DNA from: a virus
IMG/VR virus record: IMGVR_UViG_3300028822_000042
Span: 1-64,000 of that record
Strand: one strand, 5' to 3'
DNA length: 64,000 nucleotides
Shown here: positions 1 to 7,300 of the stretch, piece by piece
Layout: every line of letters starts with the position of its first letter
Numbering within the stretch: the first letter of the stretch is position 1
Translations under genes and position numbers: made by a program
Notes under the pieces: generated by a model
What the model saw: only the letters and a program-made list of their open reading frames with translations
Told to the model about the DNA's origin: nothing
Databases searched by the model: none

Positions 1-480
1 CTACCCCTTGTATATAGGGGCTGTTGTCATGCGTACTCCATGTACACATGCGTCCACACACGTACCCATACAGGTACATGCACATACGTATGTCGACATA
101 GAGCTATGCATAGAGGGGTGGATAGATGGGTGTATGAGTACAGGTGTAGTGCTGTGCATGTCATAGCTGGCAGTGACACACACTGTACTAGTGTAGCTTC
201 GGATACACAGGTACACACGTACACACACGTACACAGGGACACCCATCTATCTGTTAGTACTACCAGCAGTGTACTGGTAGCGTACTATCTATGCTGTACT
301 AGCTCACCCTGATGGGCCAGCTCACACAGACAGACACAGTAGTCCACTAGTAGAGGGTACTAGCAGACAGAGAGATATACATACCAGCAGATACACACCA
401 CAGTGCACTACACAGTACGTACTGGTGGAGGGACAGCTACTGAGATCAACATACATGACAAGAGACAGAGATAGCCTGGT
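1..480. other. Non-coding tract strongly depleted of AA/TT, rich in GTAC and purine-pyrimidine alternation
   Basis: Hand count: 6 AA/TT dinucleotides and 16 GTAC in 480 bp. Perfect RY alternation at 74-93 and 211-235. 13-bp inverted repeat at 121-133/239-251. The ORFs here are low-complexity V/C/T/H strings with no RBS. Confidence 0.85.
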
Positions 481-852
481 AGTTTAGCAGTCTCATTGCG
501 GAGACAGATACATCAACTAGCACAATGTACTAGCACATACTCACTGTTTATCAGTCTCTGTGAGCATGATGCGTCATGTTATCTCAGTAATAGAGATTCA
601 ACATCAGTAGGAGTGCACAACATCACCTATCTAGTAGTTATTAACACTGAGTCGATGGTAGGAGTGCACATTCTCTCCATCTCAGTGTCTTTATCGAAGA
701 AAGCCGCTTCGACACAGCGATTCAGACCTACTGAATCATTGGACAATCTACTTCTCCGCATGTCAGGGCGCAGAGAGAGATCGTCATACCTCACAGGACC
801 ACCCCGTGGGCTCGAAACGTAGGGCGGTACCCTACCACCACTACTCAACACT

Positions 853-1002
853 AGGTTCCGGCAGAATTTTCCCAAATCCTTCTATATAGAGACTTATTTA
901 CAGTCTGTATTTATTTCTTAAAGGTACCGACAGAATTTTCTAAATTTCATCTCTATAGGGGTTTATTCTAATTATTGTTTCAAAGGTATCAGCAAAATAT
1001 TT
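853..1002 (+). repeat. Three imperfect direct repeats (iteron/pac-like)
   Basis: AGGTTCCGGCAGAATTTTC (853), AGGTACCGACAGAATTTTC (922), AGGTATCAGCAAAATATTT (984). Copies 1 and 2 stay similar for about 45 bp. AT-rich context. Confidence 0.75.
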
Positions 1003-1038
1003 TGTTTCAAGAGATCTAAAAAATATTATTTATAAGAA

Positions 1039-1068
1039 TTGACTTTATATAGTGTTAGCATATATATT
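1039..1068 (+). promoter_or_regulatory. Sigma70-type promoter upstream of hsp20
   Basis: TTGACT at 1039-1044, TATATA/TATATT 16-18 bp downstream, AT-rich UP-like region, SD GGAGGT at 1130-1135. Confidence 0.6.
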
Positions 1069-1141
1069 TTTTTTGAGGGCTATAAGTCCTTTAGTTTTAT
1101 AGGAATAGACCTATAGGCTATTTTACATTGGAGGTGTAGTC

Positions 1142-1561
1142 ATGAGGAGTTTAGTTTTAGACATTCCTGAGATCAATCGAGCATTCGAATCATTTTTTCA
1201 CAGTTGGCCGACTGAGCCGAAGCCTCCGATAGAGGGGTTTCCTATTGTGGATCCTAATTCTAGTGATACAGAGAGTGTAAGGGGTTGGGAGATACAGATG
1301 GCGGTAGCTGGTTTTGGTGAGGAGAATGTAGAGGTATGGTCAGAGGGCAAGGTATTACATATAAAGGGTAGTAATAAGGAGAACGATGTTGCTCCCAGAT
1401 TCAGCTGTAGTTTTTACCACAAGATACCTTGTTCTAAGTATTTAGATATAGACCGTGCGGAGGCGAAGCTTGTTAACGGTATTTTAAGTATAAAGATACC
1501 AGTAGAGGAGGAGAGGGTAGAGCAGCGCAGGTATTTATTAAAGAAGGAGGAAATAAAATAA
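1142..1561 (+). CDS. Small heat shock protein (Hsp20/IbpA-like alpha-crystallin)
   Basis: IQMAVAGFGEENVEV, LHIKGS and AEAKLVNGILSIKIP alpha-crystallin signatures; strong SD. Confidence 0.9.
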   Translation: MRSLVLDIPEINRAFESFFHSWPTEPKPPIEGFPIVDPNSSDTESVRGWEIQMAVAGFGEENVEVWSEGKVLHIKGSNKENDVAPRFSCSFYHKIPCSKYLDIDRAEAKLVNGILSIKIPVEEERVEQRRYLLKKEEIK

Positions 1562-1605
1562 GTTTTTTATGTTATACTGGGGTGCCATAGATATTAGGAG
1601 GGTGA

Positions 1606-1992
1606 ATGGTACCGCAGTTAATGACCCCCAGGGAAGAATTTTTTCCTCACGAGACTACGACAAGTACTAGAATCCCGACAGTAGAATCTTATCAGAGGCA
1701 AGACGTAACGAAGTGGATTGCTTTATTATTTACTTTCATAGCGATGATAGTGGGGATGGTAGTATGGGCGACTAATGAGCATAGTGAGATAAGAGAGTGG
1801 ACAGTAGACAGGGATTATACTAACAAGAAAGAGTTAAAGGAGATAATAAAGGACAGTTATGTACCTTTACATGAGTTTACGAAGTTAAAACAAAAGTTAG
1901 AGGATCAGAGTAAGAAGATGGATGACATGAGTTTAAAAATTGATAAGATGCTTGAGGAGATACACAAGGTAAGTAGTAGGAGAAGAAGATGA
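1606..1992 (+). CDS. Single-TM protein with C-terminal coiled coil (holin-like?)
   Basis: WIALLFTFIAMIVGMVVWA hydrophobic helix, then a heptad-rich tail with a basic end; SD AGGAGG. Confidence 0.55.
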   Translation: MVPQLMTPREEFFPHETTTSTRIPTVESYQRQDVTKWIALLFTFIAMIVGMVVWATNEHSEIREWTVDRDYTNKKELKEIIKDSYVPLHEFTKLKQKLEDQSKKMDDMSLKIDKMLEEIHKVSSRRRR

Positions 1993-2294
1993 GTCAGAGA
2001 GACAAGACGATGGTAGGGTTAGCTCTTCTCAGGGAATCATTGAGAAACATTTTACATGTGCAGGTTCTCAAGAATCTAACTAATTTACTAGATGCTCTTG
2101 GAGGGGACAGGGACAGTTTTGTTAGTCAGTATAATCACTGGTCAAAAAGGAATGGTCCTGATTGCAGATATGCCTCTTATGCAAAGGAGTTTTTCCTTAG
2201 AGACCAAGCAGAGAGTGTAGCCAAATCAATTATTTGGTTATATAAAAACTTCGCTAAGGAATACGAAGATAAAGCAAATGAGGAGAAGAAATGA
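1989..2294 (+). CDS. Hypothetical protein
   Basis: 101-aa ORF coupled to both neighbours by ATGA overlaps. Confidence 0.6.
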   Translation: MSQRDKTMVGLALLRESLRNILHVQVLKNLTNLLDALGGDRDSFVSQYNHWSKRNGPDCRYASYAKEFFLRDQAESVAKSIIWLYKNFAKEYEDKANEEKK

Positions 2295-2554
2295 CATTGA
2301 AACCGACGAAAGACTGGATTCTGACACAAGTAGTTAAAGATGAAGAGCAAGGTGGTCTGATTAAGTTAGTTAAGAAGGATGAGTCTACAAAGAAGGTAAA
2401 GGTTCTTTCTTTTGGGCCGGATGCGAATAGATCAAACCTTCTAAAGAAAGATGATGTTGTTCTTGTAATGAAGCATACTGGGCTTAAACATGAAGTAGAT
2501 GGTGAAGAGTTTGAATTTGCCAAAGAGCATAACTTCCTTGGAGTTGTAGAATGA
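2291..2554 (+). CDS. groES: GroES/Cpn10-like co-chaperonin
   Basis: LKPTKDWIL start, GGLI mobile loop, VLSFGPD, LKKDDVVL..KHTG..EVDGEEF...E.NFLGVVE all follow the Cpn10 pattern. Confidence 0.85.
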   Translation: MTLKPTKDWILTQVVKDEEQGGLIKLVKKDESTKKVKVLSFGPDANRSNLLKKDDVVLVMKHTGLKHEVDGEEFEFAKEHNFLGVVE

Positions 2555-3084
2555 GAAATAGACTGTTTAGCCTTGTATGTAAGATAGACAAGTCTACAAG
2601 TAGATTCTTCAATAGGATCAAGAACAAACTAAATCCTTTAGGGTCAGTTAATACATTTCATCCAATGGAGTCTGAATATGTATCTTATGCTGGCACAGAC
2701 ATAAAGGTTCAGATTCTTGATCCACATCAACCTGTACGGACAGGGAACAACCCTCAGGGTCAACTGAATGGAGTCTTTGGCAATGTACAAGGTCTTTCTT
2801 TCGGTCGGCGGGACTCAAAAGAGACAGGTGGTACTTTCTCTGGCATCGTCTATGACTCAATGAGACCATTCCATCTTCTCCTGGGTCAAGAGAAGAGACT
2901 TATTCTCAGCGGAGCCAATGAGATTGGCAAAGTATGTACTCTCTATGATGGTATCATTAAGTTTGATGATTACCTAGAATGGGGAGTCAGTGTAGATGAC
3001 ATAGTAGTTGAAGTCCATATTAATTTTACTCAATTATCTCAAAAACTAGACTTAGACAAAGAGGCACCCTATGAAGCTAATTAA
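2551..3084 (+). CDS. Tail-tube-like paralogue (displaced from tail module)
   Basis: SYAGTDIK, GNVQGLSF, ANEIG and GVSVDDIV align with SFSGVDIK, GTLQGISY, ANEYG and GVSIDDIV of 29481..30155. Confidence 0.7.
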   Translation: MRNRLFSLVCKIDKSTSRFFNRIKNKLNPLGSVNTFHPMESEYVSYAGTDIKVQILDPHQPVRTGNNPQGQLNGVFGNVQGLSFGRRDSKETGGTFSGIVYDSMRPFHLLLGQEKRLILSGANEIGKVCTLYDGIIKFDDYLEWGVSVDDIVVEVHINFTQLSQKLDLDKEAPYEAN

Positions 3085-3514
3085 AATAGATCCTATGGAT
3101 CATCCTTTAAAAGAGGGAGAGTCATGGTGGGTAATTCCGCCAAATTACAAGAATTGTGAGTTTAACATTCCTCAAGGAGGTGTAGCAGTTTGTTCTGCTG
3201 GCACAGGGGACCGAAGTTTAGAAAATTTTGATTTTCAGTATGGCCGGGCGTATCAAATTGTAGATAATGATCCTCACAATGGTTGGTTAACAGTATGTTC
3301 AGCAAGATACATGGTGCGTATGCCTTACTATGTTTTTGCGAGACATTTTGATGCTGAAGCTTTTATTAAGGGCACATTTACTGTTAAGGGAAAAGAGACA
3401 AAGCCATTTGATTATAAACCTACAATTCCAGGCAAACCTAAACAGCAGTTAGAAATGTTCAATGATCAACAGCTTGGTCTTCGGCCCAAAGACGAACCTG
3501 AATGGAGACGATAG
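3071..3514 (+). CDS. Hypothetical protein
   Basis: 147-aa ORF with a GAGG SD, overlapping the upstream gene. Confidence 0.6.
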   Translation: MKLIKIDPMDHPLKEGESWWVIPPNYKNCEFNIPQGGVAVCSAGTGDRSLENFDFQYGRAYQIVDNDPHNGWLTVCSARYMVRMPYYVFARHFDAEAFIKGTFTVKGKETKPFDYKPTIPGKPKQQLEMFNDQQLGLRPKDEPEWRR

Positions 3515-4303
3515 ATGGGAGGTGAAGGTTCAGGCAAGGCTAAGGGAGATTTACTTATCCTTGATGGCCATAAAGTAGAGAATGGCAAGGTCTCTAAGAC
3601 AGACTTCTTTAACTTCCTGGCCACAGACATCTCTGACTATTCAGATGTCAAGATGACTCCTAAACAGGCCCTCAAGTTCAAGAATTCCTTTGTCCGGATG
3701 ACACATGGAGTGGGAGCAGCCATTCCTATGATCTGTGTTGGCCCTAAGTGTCCAAACAAGCTTTGTGTTTTTCATGAGACAAAGACATGGCCCCTTTCGA
3801 GGCAGTGCTTGTACGAGGCCCGAATGGTCCAGTACCTCTTTCAAGCCTACATGGAAGACCTCGGTGTTGACCCTGAGAGCCCAACAGAGCTAACTCTTGT
3901 CAATGAGCTTGTAGAGGCAGACATCCTGAGCTATAGGGCTAATCTTGGTCTCTCTGGCGCCATAGACGAAGAGGCAGCCACACTTCTAAAGACCTCAGTC
4001 ATTGAGAAAGGTGAACATCTAGCAGAGACTACTGTTGTTCACCCTCTACTTGAAGTTAAAGAGCGAGCTAACCGTACCCGCATGAGAATCCTAGAGTCTC
4101 TAGCTGCTACACGTAGAGAAAAATACAAGAAAGCAGCAGCCCTCAAGAAATCAGAAGATTCAGATGCTTCTAATTTCCTCGCCGAGCTAAGAGAGCAATT
4201 CTCCACTTCTTCCGAGAAACAGATCGATTCTCTTGATAAAATAAGAGAAGACGCTAAGAAAGTAGCAAATGATCTAATTATAGATGCTGATTGGGAGCAG
4301 TGA
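3515..4303 (+). CDS. Probable terminase small subunit (Cys-cluster protein)
   Basis: C-x4-C-x4-C...C cluster followed by helical segments and a basic LAATRREKYK motif. Size and position upstream of TerL fit TerS. Function inferred from synteny only. Confidence 0.4.
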   Translation: MGGEGSGKAKGDLLILDGHKVENGKVSKTDFFNFLATDISDYSDVKMTPKQALKFKNSFVRMTHGVGAAIPMICVGPKCPNKLCVFHETKTWPLSRQCLYEARMVQYLFQAYMEDLGVDPESPTELTLVNELVEADILSYRANLGLSGAIDEEAATLLKTSVIEKGEHLAETTVVHPLLEVKERANRTRMRILESLAATRREKYKKAAALKKSEDSDASNFLAELREQFSTSSEKQIDSLDKIREDAKKVANDLIIDADWEQ

Positions 4304-4309
4304 TGTCCA

Positions 4310-7300
4310 GTGGCAAAACTTACAGATAAAGAAGTCCAGAGATTTTTTGATGATATTAATAAATCTCCTGGAGGAGTAAAGTCTACTGAGCCAGCTTTCC
4401 AAAGATATAGAAAGCAATTCCTCAGAAATATAGACTTTAATGACATTAAGAAGTACAGACCTGAACAACTTATCAGAGGAGCACGTACTTCAGAAGAACT
4501 CTTTATAATAGGAGAATATCTTAGTAAAGAGTGGGGGTCTAATAATTGGTGGTGGCAAGAGTACCACCAACGTAGAGTTACCCTTGCTCACCTGCCAAGT
4601 CTATATGGTTCTACAATTGACAAAGCAACAGGGAAACAGAGAGGACTTTGGGGTGTTCCTGTTAAACCAGAGACCTATATTCGTTCTTCTAAGGCCGGAC
4701 CACAAAAGTTTGGTGTCAATAGAAGACTTTTTTCTAGGTTTGCCAACTGGGAACAGATAACAGGCCAACAGAATCTATTCTCTTTAACAGAGACTCCTAG
4801 TGGACCTGCTATTAGAGGTTGGAAGCCAATTAAACCACCTGTTCTTCCTTCTAATGCTCCTGCAAATGCTATTGTTTTTGATTTGGAGACCACAGGTCTT
4901 CTTGATAATGAGAACCTAAATGTTATCTCTGCAGGATACTTTGATACTGGAAAACCAGATAAAGCTCCTATAGGCAAATACGCTTCTTTCGATAAAAGCC
5001 TTAAATATGATGCGCCGATTAGAAATAAGATTATCCCTCAATGGGAAAAAGCTGTTGCTGAACTAAAACCAAAATTATTATCAGAACAACAGCTAGTAGA
5101 AGACTTTATCAAAAGAGCAGAATCTAGTTCTAAGACTCATGCCCTGATGGGCTATAACATTAAGCAGTTTGATCTGCCAGTTCTGTTCTCTTCAGCTAAG
5201 AAATATGGTCTTGAGGGTAAACTAGAAAAAGCTGTTAAACAGTCTCATATTGTTGATGTAGCTGAATATGCTCAGGCTTTTATATCTAAACAGCTAGGCG
5301 GAACAGTAGTTGGCTGGGAGCAATCAGAACTTGGATTTAAACCTTTAGGGTGGCAATTAGAGAATGTAGCAGCATCGCTTGGATATAAGAATTTAGGTGG
5401 TGCTCATGAAGCCAGAACTGATGTTGATATGACTCAGTTTGTCTGGCGAAAGCTTAAAGACACTAAGAAATGGGATGAAGCTGCTAAACAATTTGATAAA
5501 GATCTTTTATTAAAATCCATACCAAGAGCAAAAGGTTACTCTCCTGTTGTCATTAAGAAAGGCATGGAGAGAGTTAATTTTGCTGCTGAGATGCTAAAAG
5601 ACGAATCTAAGTATCTTAGATCGTTTACTCATCACTTAGAAGAACTTTATGGTAAGGGGAAGCCTACATCAACACTAGGCAAGGCTGTTAAAGGCAAAGG
5701 TCTTGGGCTTGGTAGCATAGCTAGTTATTCAGCCTCATTTGTGGGCTTGAATATGATTCTTCCAGGTAATTTCTGGCAGAATGCATTTACCTCTGTTACT
5801 TGGGAAGCAGCTAGATTAGGAGCCAAGAAAGCAGGTGTTAAAGGCTGGAAGACTTGGCTTGCAGCAGGACTTGGTTCTGCTGTCGGTAATGCTATGTGGA
5901 TGGGAGCTAGTGCTCTCTCTAGTGATCCATCAGATGTAGCAGTAACTGAGTCTGGGTTTTCAGGCAAAGATGATGCTTATAATTTCATTCAGGGCTTAGG
6001 AGAACAAGGTCTAGCTCCAGAGGTAAGACATGAATTAACAGAATTTGGTTCCGGCTGGCGCGGAAGTAGAGATCTTCCTTCTTCTCTTATGGGAGTGCCA
6101 ATAGACCCTCAGGTTTTGGCCTTCAGAAGAGATGTTATTGAAGATAAAGAAGAATTAGCAGAACTAAAACAAGACATTAAAGAAAAACAAGCTGAAGCTC
6201 AAGCTAAGCTTGGTGATTTTGATCCTTCTCAGTTAGGTCCTATATCAGGCCCTGTTGCAGGTCTAGCCAGAAATAAAAGTCTTAAAGAAGTAAATCTATC
6301 TGACTACAAATTAACAGTAGAAGATGCAGACACTATTTTCCTTAGCAGAAAAGGTCTTGCTGGTCTCTTCTCTAAAGATATTGCAGTACGTCTTTCAGGT
6401 GTAGATGCTCCTGAGGTTGCAAGTCATGCAGATGATCCTATGGAAGATGTACGTATCTGGCAGGAACAAGCTGGAGGACAATGGGCTACTGAACAGTATA
6501 AGAAGCTAGTAGAAGAACAAGATAACTTAAGACTTGTTATTGATGCGAACAACAAGACTTATGGTCGTCGTCTTGGTGTTCTAATTGGAGATGAAGGAAC
6601 AAACCTTGCTTTAGAGAGTGTTAGGAAAGGTTTAGTTGCTGCTCTTCCTTTTGGTAAGTCATCAGAAGATGTTGTTAGCCGTAGAGCAATAGCCCAAGCA
6701 GAAGAAGAAGCCAAACAGAACGAAGCTGGTATCTGGCAGTTTGCTAGATATAAGGCCATTTCTGAGGCTACTGAAGAAATTGGTCAACCAATTACTTTCA
6801 ATGTTCTTACTGAACTTACTAAAGTTGCTAGGAATCTTAATCTTGGTACTTATGGTTCATTCTTAGAATCCTTAGGCGAACAACAAAGAGAACTTACTTA
6901 TCAAGAAGCTCATACCGCTCGTCGAATTGGCCGTGTTCTCAAGAAGACACATGGCAAAGCTAGATTCTCTCAAAAATTTAGCGGCAAAGACGACAACTAT
7001 AATACTGTTGAGGGACTAAGACATGATGGAGGCTTATCAGAAGATATTCGTAAAGATTTAACTCAATTTGGTTCTGGATTCGATATATTCAAACCAGTGC
7101 TACAATATGAATCTATCAGTGAAGCTAAGGATAGATTTATTGAAGACAAGAAGAAGAGATATGCAGTAGATAAGAAGTCTAGATTCTCCGGCCGGGACGA
7201 CCAATATAACACCATTGAGGGCTTGCTTCATACAGGTATGGCTAAAGATGTCCGTCAAGCCTTAACAGAATTCGGCTCTGGTTGGGACCCTGTACGTGCT

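Noticed and set aside
300-835. Hammerhead ribozyme or tRNA (CTGATGG at 309, CGAAAC at 813)
   Set aside because: The CUGANGA core is not matched, the pieces are 500 nt apart, and I found no cloverleaf or T-loop context anywhere in the window.
1-875. ORFs on both strands in the first 900 bp
   Set aside because: Their V/C/T/H/Y-rich translations follow directly from RY alternation, they lack SD sequences, and they overlap in several frames.
853-1002. Possible mini CRISPR array
   Set aside because: The repeats are degenerate, similarity runs into the would-be spacers, there are only three units and no cas genes are present.
4860-5460. Calling the 1446-aa protein a DNA polymerase or DnaQ subunit
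   Set aside because: Only the DEDDh domain matches; no polymerase motifs follow, and it is fused to SNase and kinase domains in a packaging-gene context.
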